Notes: generated by a model not told the origin, from the letters alone. Counted from the first letter of the stretch, positions 1-8,965 are shown. The stretch is 24,000 nucleotides of DNA from Candidatus Calditenuis fumarioli (GCA_030059665.1 JANVYR010000002.1:161261-185260), one strand, 5' to 3'. Program-made: numbers and translations.

Positions 1-13
1 TTTACGGAACGGA

Positions 14-3000
14 TCACTTGGCCGGAGTCTTCGGCGGTGGCGGGGCGTAGACGCCTAGCCTCCTTCCTCTCCACCAGCGGTACTCGCTGATGATGATCGC
101 CAGCACTATCACCAGCAGTATGATGCCGATCGCGAGCGCCAGGAGCGTCGCCAGCGACATCGGTATGCCGAGGACCTCGACGTAGACCGGCAGCCTGATC
201 TCGACGACATCGCCTCTCCTGAGCTGGTCGAGCGTCACGCTAGCGGAGCCGGTGAAGCCCTTGTACGTCGCCCTGACCTCGTAGGAGGCCGGAGCGAGCT
301 TCTCGAACCTCGCGGAGCCGGCGGCGTCAGCGGATGCGGTCCCGACCGTGGTGCCAGCCCTGAGCAGCTGGACCGATGCGCCCTGGAGTCCCTGGCCGAG
401 CTCTCCGACGACCCTGACAGTCAGCGCGAAGAGCTGGGCGAGCACGGAGATCTCCTTCCTCGCGACCGAGATCGGCTCGTCTCTAGCGTAGACCTCGACG
501 CCCTCAACGGAGACCCTGACGGTGTATGTTATCGGCGAGTCCTCGGTTCCAAGCGGTACCCTCTCGAAGACGGCCTTGCCGTCAGGTCCTGTGGTCTTCG
601 GTTGAGCCCTACCGAAGGTTACCACCGCGCCTCCGACCGGCCTTCCCTGGGCGTCGACGGCGTTGATCACCACGTCGTCGACCGGCATCTGGAGCGTCCT
701 GCCGCCGAGGAGCCTCGTCCTAATGCCGTCAGCTGTGTCGGTCAGCGTCACCTGGACCGAGGTACCGTATGTCGGGCTCGTGTACTTGACCGAGAATGTC
801 ACCGGTGCGCCGGTGTATAGCGCAGTGATGGTGATCACGTTGCCAGCGACCTCACGCCTGAAGTAGTAGGCCTCAGGTGTGATCGAGACGTCTCCAGGCG
901 CTATCGAGAGCGGCCTGCCTCTGAGGTCGGTCACCTCGAAGGACAGGTCTGTGAACGGCATCGATGCCTCGACCTGCACGGTACCGACGTTGACGGTGCT
1001 GATGTCGAAGGTCCTCTTGAAGATCGTTCCGGCATCACCGAACCTCACCTCGAGCTCGTAGACTCCTCTCGGCAGCCTGTTGATCGTGAAGGTCCCTCTG
1101 GACATGCCGACGCCCTCCGTGAACCTCAGCGACAGCTCAGTAGTTGCACCGGTCTTCTTGTAAACAAAGACCTCGAACCTTCTGAGTATGTCGGGTGGCA
1201 GCGTCTTCCCTCCGTAGTTCAGCAGCGCCTTGAAGTCGAAGACCGCGGTTGTCACGTCCCTGTGGACTCCCCTGCTGACCGGATCGCTCGCGCTTACGAC
1301 CCTGTCAGGCAGCTTCAGTCCGATCGCGGCCTCGGAGTGCGGCACCTCAAGCGTCTTGGCGGCTGCGTCGGTCTCGTCGAAGTCGCTGTCGTAGACCTTC
1401 ACGTGCCTCGGCAGCGGAGCTGTCTCGTCCCTGAACGGCCATATCGGCCAGAGGTTGCCGTTCGCGTTGTTCGGGTTCGGATCGGTTGCGAGCCAGTAGA
1501 CCCTGATGATCAGTCTGAGCGGGTCTCTGACACCGGAGTTGTCTACGGTATCGTCGTTGTTGGCGTCGTAGTTCCAGGTGCCGAAGGTCAGGTTCATGAT
1601 GGCGGTGTACCCAGCTCCACCGATCGGTCTCGGATCCAGCAGCTTGCCCCTGTGGTACATGTACAGCGTCTGGAGGTCGATCGGTCTTGCGGTCCAGGAG
1701 TTGTTGGCGGTGTAGCTCCAGCCAGCTATCCTGCCGCTGGCCCTGTCGACCAGCTCGACGAAGGCTCCAGCGAGCGGCCTGCCGTTGAAGTCGATCGCCC
1801 TAACCGTCACGGCGGCGTAGTTGACGGTGATCACGAACGGCTTGCTGATCGTCCTTGCCTGGTCCTTGTCGTAGTAGGTGCAGAGCCCTACGCAGAACCC
1901 GTCTGGGTCGAACCAAGTGCTGATCGTCGTTATCGCCCAGTGCGTCGGCTCCTCGTCCGGGAAGTAGGCGAAGCTGCTCCTCCTGGTGGGCGTGTTGTAG
2001 GTCTGCTCGACCAACTGCACGTTCAGACCCTGCATCCAGGTCTTCCACTTGGCGTCGTCGGGCTCGTTGACGTAGGCCGGCGGCTCGACTCTGTACCTAA
2101 CCGTTAGCCCTGCCCAGAAGATCTTCCTCACGTTCGTCGGATCGCTGTCGAAGGTCACGAAACCGTATGCGTCGCTAACTCCGCTTAGAACGCCGGTGTC
2201 GACCGATGTGCCGAGCTTCCTGGCCTGCAGCCTTACGGTGTAGCCCTGGACCGGGTAGGCGGTGGGCACTCCCTGCTCGTCCCTCCACGTCAGCAGCACG
2301 ACGCTCAGCTGCCTCGCGGCGTTCAGCATTATCGGCACGGTCACCCTGCTGGTGGTCACGGTCTTGAGCGGGCCGTCGCCGAAGGTCTCGTTGTTCAGGA
2401 CGAACTGCGTCGCGACCAGGTCATTCAGCCAGGTGACGTCGGAGTGGTTGGCGCTGAAGACGTACTTCCAGGTGGTGTTCATGAACCTCGGTCCGGGTAT
2501 CTTGGAGAAGTCCACTATGCCGTCGGCGTCGGTGGAGCTGATCAGCGTGACCCTCTTCTCGCACGGGAAGGCGCTGTCCTCGCAGGCCTCGTAGTCCTGT
2601 GGAGCAGGCGGCCAGCTACTCCAAAGGCTCTGGTCCCACCAGGTCGTCACGTTCGGGTAGTAGATCCAGAGGTTGAGGTTGTGGACGGCGTGCGCCGGGT
2701 CAGTGGAGTTGCTCAGCGTGAACATGAACCTGACGTCGTAGACCTCTGAAGCGCCGAACTCCTTCACCGGACCCTTGTCGAGGACGTAGTTCTCGCTGTA
2801 GACGACCGCGCTCTTCCAGACGACGTTGAACTGGTAGTGGAACTCCTCCTTAGTGTTTGCCAGGCTTATCGCGTGAGTCCGATCAACGCCTCCGGTAGGC
2901 AGTATGCCGACGTTGTGACCTATGCCGGACTCGATCCCGTACGTCTCGTTCAGGAACCCGCTGGTCGGGAGCAGCAGCAGCCCCTCGTAACCGGAGATGG

Positions 3001-6000
3001 TGAAGCTCTTGATGGTGCCGTCGGACTTCGTGTACCACCTAGCGTACTTGAGCTGTCCATATCTGTACGACAGCGGGTCTGTGGAGGTTCCGGGCACGCC
3101 AGTGGCGTTGTTGGCGTCGAAGGCGAAGTCGCTGGACGGCATCAGGTAAATGTACCTCTCGGTGACCGTCATGTTCAGCCCGAAGACGTCACGGAGTATC
3201 AGCTTGGCGGGCCACGGAGGCACCTGCACGAAGATCTGATGTGTGGCAGAATCGTGGCAGTTACTGCCTACGCTTCTTACGCATCGGAACGTGATGTTGA
3301 TCCTGTCCCACTTGATTTCCTTAAACCTCTGCGGGCTATCTGGATCGGCGACCCTCTTGGTCTCCCACTCCCACCAGAACGTGTAGGTCGTGTTGGTGGT
3401 CCTTTTATCAGACTTCACGGTAGTTATAGTTCTGTTGACGGGACCTCCGGACATCGCGGATATGTCAATCCTCGATGTGACGTTCAGGTTGACGATCCAG
3501 GCCTCTATCAGCGCGTTCTCTAGCGGCGCACCTCCCTTGTCGATGGCCCTCGGCTTAATGAAAGCAACCGGCAGCGGAGCCCTCAGCGTATCCTTGTCGT
3601 AGATGATAATCTTGTAGCCGAATGCGTCCTGCAGCTTCACCCACTTGCTGTAGAACGTCTGCTGCTTGTGGAGATCAGCGTTGGGCTGGAGCGTGAAGTT
3701 CAATGCAGGCCATACCTTGTTGGGCAGCGCCGATTTGTTGTAGAACTTGTCGACGACGAAGCTCATGTTGGTCGTCAGCCTGACGTCCTGAAGCCTGTAG
3801 CTGCCGTTCCACCAGAGGTAGGAGTAGTCCTGCGGACCTGGCCTCGTGTTGTCTCCGTATAGGATCGTCTTGTACTCGAGCGATCCGGTCCACTTGGAGA
3901 AGTTCCCGAGACCGAGCGTCATGGAGACGAAGTTGTCGTTGATGATGTCGAACCTGACGTCGCCGATCCGCAGATCGCCGTCGATCATGTCCAGGAACCA
4001 GTGGAGGGCCCAGGTGTTCAGGTTGACCTCTAACCTGTCGCAAACGGTGAACCTCAGGTCCCTGTTGAACTCCCTCAGGACGACCCTCGTATCAGCCTTC
4101 TCATGGACCTCCTGCGGCAGCATGGACTCGGATCCGGGCATCCAGTGGATGTACGACTCGTACGTCCTGTTACCGGACTCACCTGGCCAGAAGCCGTAAC
4201 CAGGCGACGCGTCTCTGTAGTTGTATCCTCCTAATGTTCTCGGCGCCACCGTCGTCACGGTGATGTTGTATATCGCAGGCGGCATCTGGTAGAAGATGTA
4301 CTCGTTGGTGGCGTTCTTGTGCTGTATGACGTAGCTGAAGAACTGGGCAACCCTGACGCTGGTGTTCCACCTCTGGAAGTCGAAAATGTTGCCCTGGCCG
4401 GCGGGCACCACGCCGAGCCTCTCCGCCAGAGATCCGTCACGGATGGCGTAAGGCCACGGATCCATCGTCTCCAGGAAGTACCAGGGCTTCCTCGCCGGGT
4501 CGCTGATGTTGTATCCCACCCACGACACCGTGACGTTCAGCCTCGGTATCGCAACGGTTCCCTGGAAGTCGAAGGTCTTGAAGACGAAGTCGGTGATCAG
4601 GGCCCTGACCTTGATCGGTGCGTGGAAGTCGCCCTCGACCGGTATCGAGACCTTGCCGTCCTGCGCTGCAATCCTTGTGTTATCAGGGAGTATCGCCTCG
4701 AGGAACGGGACGTCAACTCCCTTCCAGTAGAGCCTCGTGAACGTCAGGGTACCTCCGGTAACGATGAAGTCCTTAGCTCCGTCGGTTCCCGTGTTGAACC
4801 TCACCTCGGAGTTGGTGGCGGGGTCGATCATCCAAGCAGGCGTCTGGGAGAGCGGCCTGTCCTGGCAGTCGACGAAGAGGACCTTCAGCTTGAAGACGCT
4901 AACTGTCTTGTCGACGAAGACTGTCCTGACCAGCTTGTTGATCTCGCCGGAGTTCTCGTAGATAGTTACACCAGCGTACTGGACCCTTATGCCGTACATC
5001 AGGTCCTCTGGGACCTGGAAGGCGACCCAGACGTACTCAGGCGCCGGAGATCCGAGGAGCGCGACGGAGATGTTCAGCCTCCAGAGGAATGGCCACGATA
5101 CCGGTCCAACCTGCTCGTAGGCGTACTTTCCATCGATGGGCGACGGCGATACCAGCCTGTATGCCTTCAGCTCAACCGGGCCTCCGGTCTCCCTTAGCAG
5201 CCAGATCCTCACGTCGCTCGGGTTCAGGACGTTGCCCTCGTTGTCCCTTACCGTTATCACGATGTCGCTGACGTTGGCGACGAGGAGGAGCTTGCCGTCA
5301 AGATCGAATGTTAAGGTCCCAAATATCGGGTCAACTACAGACCCCGTGTTGTTCTCAACCCTCCCTACCAGAGGACCTCCTCCGCTCGATGTACCCAGCC
5401 TGACCAGTCTCGGAGCTGATGTCCTGGAACCGCTGTAGATCTCCGGATAAATTGGTGTTGGACCCGAAGTCCACGGATCGGGCCATTCAGATGCACTCTT
5501 GAGCGCCACCAGGTACGGGTTCCTCAGGAAGAAGACTCCGACCGTCTGAGATGCTCCTCCGTAGCTGTCCATGAACCCTCCGGAGTACTGGATCTCTATC
5601 CTGAGACCGTTGTACGGGCCTGGATCATCGGATATGCTCCTCGTCTTCAGGTAATCGTTCACCGCGACCTTCGTGGGATCGTTGGCAGTGAGGTCAGCGG
5701 TTCCGGAATAGTACCTGGAAGTGTAAGTCTCGTCCCTCGCGAACCTCCCCTCTTGGAAGACCTTGATGTTTCCGAATTTGCCCACCAGGTACATCCACAT
5801 CGTGGCGTTCGGAACCCTCAGGTACGTCCTGAACTGCGGTAGGGATCCTGGCCATGCGTGACCGTTGGCCGTCAGGGCGAATCCGTCACCCGGAATTCCG
5901 AACGGCTCCTCAGTAGTTCCCACCTGGTTCTGGAGGTAGTATGCGTTGCCGTCCTTGTCCCTGAGGTTGAACTTGCATGTTGCCAGGAAGAGCGAGGAGT

Positions 6001-7426
6001 TGAAGGTGCTGATTCTCCATCCAAAGTTCCTGGGGTCGTAGACGGTGCCGTTAACCATCAGGTCGTCGTCCCTGACGCCGCACCTCCAGTAGAAGACGGT
6101 GGAGTTGAGGAATATCGCCAGCGGGATCGAGTGACCGCCGCTAACGTAAGGCTGTGTGGTGTAGTTGTAGTTGAGGTTGAAGGCCTCGAGGAGCTGCGGG
6201 ACGACATCAGAATAGAAGCCACCGGTCGGAATACCGTCCCTGAGAGCAGGTGGTGTTGCAGTAACAAGGTGCGAGTTGTCGAGCGTCGAGAAACCATCGG
6301 TATCCCTGTTCGCGAAGAACGTCGTGTTCACCAGTACCGTCTCCCACCAGACCCTGACAGTTACGTTGAGGTGCGCCTGCAGGTTAACTGAAGGATAGAA
6401 GTCATCGCGATAAGGCCTCTTCAATCCGAGGTGTATCGCCTCAAGCGGTATCGGTACCAGCTCGTTGGTCTTGTATCGAGTCCCGTAAACCGGGTACATC
6501 TCGTTGGTGGTCCTCGGATCGTACAGACCGTATCCTGATCCGTCGCCCTTGGTGACGAAGGCCCTTATCAAAGACGCTCCTCCTGTGGTTATGTTCATCT
6601 CGTAGATCTTGACCTGGGCGTAGCTCAGGTTGTCCTTCGTGCTGTACCAAGTGTGGACGTGGAATGGTGTGAAGACCACGGATGCGTTGGCAACCCAAGC
6701 GTTCCTTGCGTACCTTGTAGAGCCTAATACGTACTCAGACTGGGTGCCAAAGGCCGTCGAGAAGTTCGCCGGCGACATGGCGACGAAGTCAACAGGTCCA
6801 GCTCTACCACCGGTGTTGGACATCAGGCTGGGACCGTAGTTCGAGGTCCAAGGCAACCACACCGCTACCACGGTCCCGTTCATCAGGACGGTCGCGTTGG
6901 TCCTCCAATGCCCCTGACCAATCTTACTTTGGATGTATCTGGTCGATGCGTTGATCACCATCATGTACACGATTATTCCGCTGTATAGGCTCCCGGCACC
7001 GACCTCGGTACCGTCGTAGCTCTTCGCCTTAACAACCACAGTCACGTTCGACCATGTATCGGGCCACTCAATCCTCACGAACCCGGTCGCGTTGATATCG
7101 AACTTGCGAGGATAGAAAATGGCGTCGTTTAACGGAGCACCCCTCTCGTGGTAGACCTCTACGAAGTACCAGTTATCCGTCAGGTTGTACCTGTCCGCGA
7201 AGCCAGTATAGGAACCATCAGGGCACGCCCTCATCCGATGCGCGGCCGGGAGTGTCGTAGCACCGCTGCATTCTACTCCGTTCCAGCTCGGCGTCACTAT
7301 CTTCAGCCATGCCGAGTACGTCCCCTCCGCTTGGACAGACGGTATCACGTACAGGGCCGCCGGTATCGCCAGCAGCACGGCCAGCAGCGCCACGATTCCG
7401 ACCCTTGCCAGACCACGGTTGTCCAA
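14..7426 (-). CDS. Giant (2470 aa) secreted surface protein with C-terminal membrane anchor; probably N-glycosylated, S-layer/adhesin-like, with a stalk of carboxypeptidase-regulatory-like beta-sandwich modules
   Basis: Uninterrupted 7.4-kb ORF. TTG start at 7426 with GGTGA (7436-7440) 9 nt upstream. N-terminal signal peptide MDNRGLARVGIVALLAVLLAIPAALYVIPSVQA/EG. C-terminal hydrophobic span IPMSLATLLALAIGIILLVIVLAIIISEY followed by a basic, Pro-rich tail. About 45 N-x-S/T sequons by hand count. Repeated modules of the type VxxxDxxGxPLxGAxV...Y.V (e.g. LTVRVVGELGQGLQGASVQLL...ASYEVRATYKGF) are concentrated in the last ~600 aa. Confidence 0.85.
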   Translation of the reverse strand: MDNRGLARVGIVALLAVLLAIPAALYVIPSVQAEGTYSAWLKIVTPSWNGVECSGATTLPAAHRMRACPDGSYTGFADRYNLTDNWYFVEVYHERGAPLNDAIFYPRKFDINATGFVRIEWPDTWSNVTVVVKAKSYDGTEVGAGSLYSGIIVYMMVINASTRYIQSKIGQGHWRTNATVLMNGTVVAVWLPWTSNYGPSLMSNTGGRAGPVDFVAMSPANFSTAFGTQSEYVLGSTRYARNAWVANASVVFTPFHVHTWYSTKDNLSYAQVKIYEMNITTGGASLIRAFVTKGDGSGYGLYDPRTTNEMYPVYGTRYKTNELVPIPLEAIHLGLKRPYRDDFYPSVNLQAHLNVTVRVWWETVLVNTTFFANRDTDGFSTLDNSHLVTATPPALRDGIPTGGFYSDVVPQLLEAFNLNYNYTTQPYVSGGHSIPLAIFLNSTVFYWRCGVRDDDLMVNGTVYDPRNFGWRISTFNSSLFLATCKFNLRDKDGNAYYLQNQVGTTEEPFGIPGDGFALTANGHAWPGSLPQFRTYLRVPNATMWMYLVGKFGNIKVFQEGRFARDETYTSRYYSGTADLTANDPTKVAVNDYLKTRSISDDPGPYNGLRIEIQYSGGFMDSYGGASQTVGVFFLRNPYLVALKSASEWPDPWTSGPTPIYPEIYSGSRTSAPRLVRLGTSSGGGPLVGRVENNTGSVVDPIFGTLTFDLDGKLLLVANVSDIVITVRDNEGNVLNPSDVRIWLLRETGGPVELKAYRLVSPSPIDGKYAYEQVGPVSWPFLWRLNISVALLGSPAPEYVWVAFQVPEDLMYGIRVQYAGVTIYENSGEINKLVRTVFVDKTVSVFKLKVLFVDCQDRPLSQTPAWMIDPATNSEVRFNTGTDGAKDFIVTGGTLTFTRLYWKGVDVPFLEAILPDNTRIAAQDGKVSIPVEGDFHAPIKVRALITDFVFKTFDFQGTVAIPRLNVTVSWVGYNISDPARKPWYFLETMDPWPYAIRDGSLAERLGVVPAGQGNIFDFQRWNTSVRVAQFFSYVIQHKNATNEYIFYQMPPAIYNITVTTVAPRTLGGYNYRDASPGYGFWPGESGNRTYESYIHWMPGSESMLPQEVHEKADTRVVLREFNRDLRFTVCDRLEVNLNTWALHWFLDMIDGDLRIGDVRFDIINDNFVSMTLGLGNFSKWTGSLEYKTILYGDNTRPGPQDYSYLWWNGSYRLQDVRLTTNMSFVVDKFYNKSALPNKVWPALNFTLQPNADLHKQQTFYSKWVKLQDAFGYKIIIYDKDTLRAPLPVAFIKPRAIDKGGAPLENALIEAWIVNLNVTSRIDISAMSGGPVNRTITTVKSDKRTTNTTYTFWWEWETKRVADPDSPQRFKEIKWDRINITFRCVRSVGSNCHDSATHQIFVQVPPWPAKLILRDVFGLNMTVTERYIYLMPSSDFAFDANNATGVPGTSTDPLSYRYGQLKYARWYTKSDGTIKSFTISGYEGLLLLPTSGFLNETYGIESGIGHNVGILPTGGVDRTHAISLANTKEEFHYQFNVVWKSAVVYSENYVLDKGPVKEFGASEVYDVRFMFTLSNSTDPAHAVHNLNLWIYYPNVTTWWDQSLWSSWPPAPQDYEACEDSAFPCEKRVTLISSTDADGIVDFSKIPGPRFMNTTWKYVFSANHSDVTWLNDLVATQFVLNNETFGDGPLKTVTTSRVTVPIMLNAARQLSVVLLTWRDEQGVPTAYPVQGYTVRLQARKLGTSVDTGVLSGVSDAYGFVTFDSDPTNVRKIFWAGLTVRYRVEPPAYVNEPDDAKWKTWMQGLNVQLVEQTYNTPTRRSSFAYFPDEEPTHWAITTISTWFDPDGFCVGLCTYYDKDQARTISKPFVITVNYAAVTVRAIDFNGRPLAGAFVELVDRASGRIAGWSYTANNSWTARPIDLQTLYMYHRGKLLDPRPIGGAGYTAIMNLTFGTWNYDANNDDTVDNSGVRDPLRLIIRVYWLATDPNPNNANGNLWPIWPFRDETAPLPRHVKVYDSDFDETDAAAKTLEVPHSEAAIGLKLPDRVVSASDPVSRGVHRDVTTAVFDFKALLNYGGKTLPPDILRRFEVFVYKKTGATTELSLRFTEGVGMSRGTFTINRLPRGVYELEVRFGDAGTIFKRTFDISTVNVGTVQVEASMPFTDLSFEVTDLRGRPLSIAPGDVSITPEAYYFRREVAGNVITITALYTGAPVTFSVKYTSPTYGTSVQVTLTDTADGIRTRLLGGRTLQMPVDDVVINAVDAQGRPVGGAVVTFGRAQPKTTGPDGKAVFERVPLGTEDSPITYTVRVSVEGVEVYARDEPISVARKEISVLAQLFALTVRVVGELGQGLQGASVQLLRAGTTVGTASADAAGSARFEKLAPASYEVRATYKGFTGSASVTLDQLRRGDVVEIRLPVYVEVLGIPMSLATLLALAIGIILLVIVLAIIISEYRWWRGRRLGVYAPPPPKTPAK

Positions 7427-7435
7427 CTTTCCTTC

Positions 7436-7474
7436 TCACCTTGCGTCCCTCCCCAGGATCCGCCCGGATAAAGA
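7436..7474 (-). promoter_or_regulatory. Putative TATA-like box (minus-strand TCTTTATCC, 7466-7474) plus Shine-Dalgarno GGTGA (7436-7440) for the giant gene
   Basis: The only A/T-rich patch at a suitable distance, about 44 nt upstream of the TTG start. GGTGA matches the archaeal anti-SD. No transcript data. Confidence 0.3.
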
Positions 7475-7636
7475 CCGGTCCTTTCTAGAGCGGTTCTAAA
7501 CCCCGGAATCTCCGCCCGCAACCGCCCTTTTCACCCGGTAATACGCCAATAGCGTCCAGAGGGCCAGCAGAGGGTACCAGCAGAAAGGGACAAACCCATC
7601 CGTCACAAAGGACAGCGAAGCCAACCCGGTTGCTGA

Positions 7637-8144
7637 TCACTGGTCACGTGCGCCCCCCATCCCGAGCCCCCTCGCGACCTCCTCGACCAGCCTCCTCACC
7701 TCGCCCAGCGCGTCCTCCACGTCCTCCCTCGTAGCCAGGCCTTCGTAGGAGTTAACGTGCATCGAGCTCGCCAGCTTGAACGCTGTCCTGACCCAGCTCC
7801 AGGGCCACCTCGTTCTTGTGGGCCCAGAGATCGGCGTGCGACTCCAGCCTAAGACCCTTCCTCGCCATAGCGTGAGCCCTCACCGCCAGCGCGCAGGCCC
7901 CCCAGACCTTCTCTCCCGTCTGCCTCAGGTCTCCCCTGCTGAGCTCCTCCGCCGCCCGCTCAAGCAGCTGCCGGGCACCCTCGAGGTACTTCCTCCAGGC
8001 CTCGCGCGGGTCCTCATCTTTCGTCAGCAGCTCGAACACGAACTCCTCGACCGTCTGTCCAGCCCTCCTCGCCCTCTCCCTGAGCTCGTCGACCACCACC
8101 CTGGGCAGGGCCAAGGCCGTCGCTTCGGGCGCTTCTCCCGCCAC
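7637..8144 (-). pseudogene. PaREP1-family protein gene (four-helix, HEPN-like) interrupted by a single-nucleotide frameshift
   Basis: Frame A (8144-7752) reads LPRVVVDELRERARRAGQTVEEFVFELL...YLEGARQLLERAAEELSRGDLRQTGEKVWGACALAVRAHAMARKGLRLESHADLW, then stops after ELGQDSVQAGELDAR. The +1 frame continues without a stop as AFKLASSMHVNSYEGLATREDVEDALGEVRRLVEEVARGL to TGA at 7637-7639. That matches the C-terminal A..(L/M)H.N(F/S)YEG motif I remember for PaREP1. Total length is 508 nt (3n+1). Confidence 0.6.
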
Positions 8145-8245
8145 TCCGCCAAACCATCGGCTTGTTGCGTCAAATCTTTTTTCCTCCAGCTCCCTCCGTC
8201 GCGGGCTCCAAATCGATCGCTCAGCCGCAGATCCCTCAGCTGCGC

Positions 8246-8941
8246 TCAGACCCTCGTGTATATCTCGACTCCCAGCTCCATAGCAGTCTTCACGGCGTTG
8301 TCGGTAGCGAACGGCGTCACGAAGATCAGCCTGTCGGGTCTCTTCCCGGTCTTCCGCTCGTAGAGCTTCGCCTTCCTGTACAGGGTGACGACGTCTGAGG
8401 GCCTCACCTGGGACGATACCTCGATCAGCAGCGTCTTCCCGTCCTTCACCGCGACGTCGACCTCCACTGGGCTCGGGAACCCGAAGACCTCTCCTCCCTC
8501 ATCGAACGCCGTCCACCTCTCGACCTTCAGGCCCAGCTCCTTCTCGAGGATTCCCTTCAGTCCCTCCCTGAACGCTTCCTCGGACATCAGACCCCACCTG
8601 GCTCCCAAAGCCGAGATCTGCCTGTTGACCGCTTCGAACCCCTTGTTCATGTCCTCCCTGAGTCTGTTCATGTCCTCCCGTAGCTTTGCAATCTCCTTGT
8701 CATGCCTCTCGAACCCCCTGATCATGTCCTCCCTAAGCCTGTTCATGTCTTCCCTGAGCCTCGCAATTTCCTGCTCGTGTCTGTCAAGCCTCTTCAGGAT
8801 CTCGATTATGTGGGATTCGTGCCTGTCGAGTCTCTTCAGGATCTCGTCCAACCCAATTAATCCTGCAACTGCGTACCTGAACTCCTCGTCCTCCCTGAGC
8901 AGCTTCAGGATCCTCGACTTCAGCCTCTCCCTCGCGGCCAA
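8246..8941 (-). CDS. Paralogue A (231 aa): conserved N-terminal domain + heptad coiled coil + C-terminal PD-(D/E)XK-like domain; uncharacterised
   Basis: TTG start at 8941 with a TATA-like box about 26 nt upstream. N-terminus is EEFRYAVAGLIGLDEILKRLDRHESHIIEILKRLDRHE. The centre has REDMNRL heptads. The C-terminus reads FGFPSPVEVDVAVKDGKTLLIEVSSQV...RLIFVTPFATDNAVKTAMELGVEIY, a restriction-endonuclease-like D...E-x-S pattern. It resembles what I remember as DUF3782 plus DUF1626/PDDEXK_10; not verified. Confidence 0.8.
   Translation of the reverse strand: MAARERLKSRILKLLREDEEFRYAVAGLIGLDEILKRLDRHESHIIEILKRLDRHEQEIARLREDMNRLREDMIRGFERHDKEIAKLREDMNRLREDMNKGFEAVNRQISALGARWGLMSEEAFREGLKGILEKELGLKVERWTAFDEGGEVFGFPSPVEVDVAVKDGKTLLIEVSSQVRPSDVVTLYRKAKLYERKTGKRPDRLIFVTPFATDNAVKTAMELGVEIYTRV
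8634..8783. repeat. Intragenic tandem duplication, 2 x 75 bp (about 80 percent identical), with a nested 21-bp heptad repeat
   Basis: TCGAACC recurs at 8634 and 8709 and the following 68 nt align with ~16 mismatches. The units encode EIAKLREDMNRLREDMNKGFE and EIARLREDMNRLREDMIRGFE. GTTCATGTCCTCC repeats at a 21-bp period inside each unit. Confidence 0.8.
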
Positions 8942-8965
8942 CCCGTCACTACCTTCGTCGATTCG

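Noticed and set aside
14-160. PGF-CTERM / archaeosortase-type sorting signal at the C-terminus of the giant protein
   Set aside because: The tripartite shape (TM plus basic tail) is present, but there is no PGF, PEF or similar motif before the helix (the sequence is VEVLGIPMSL). A plain TM anchor is the simpler reading.
1262-2107. 281-aa plus-strand ORF, with similar ones at 2837-3523, 4319-5197 and 5858-6391, antisense to the giant gene
   Set aside because: The composition is R/G/P/V/D-rich and low in complexity, as expected for the reverse frame of a GC3-rich gene. There is no start context, and all lie wholly inside an uninterrupted 7.4-kb ORF with clear protein features.
8760-8870. Short direct repeats (CCTCTTCAGGATCTCG and relatives) that could superficially suggest a CRISPR-like or regulatory array
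   Set aside because: There are only two units per gene, they lie inside a coding frame, and they encode the duplicated ILKRLDRHE peptide. There are no unique spacers and no array structure.
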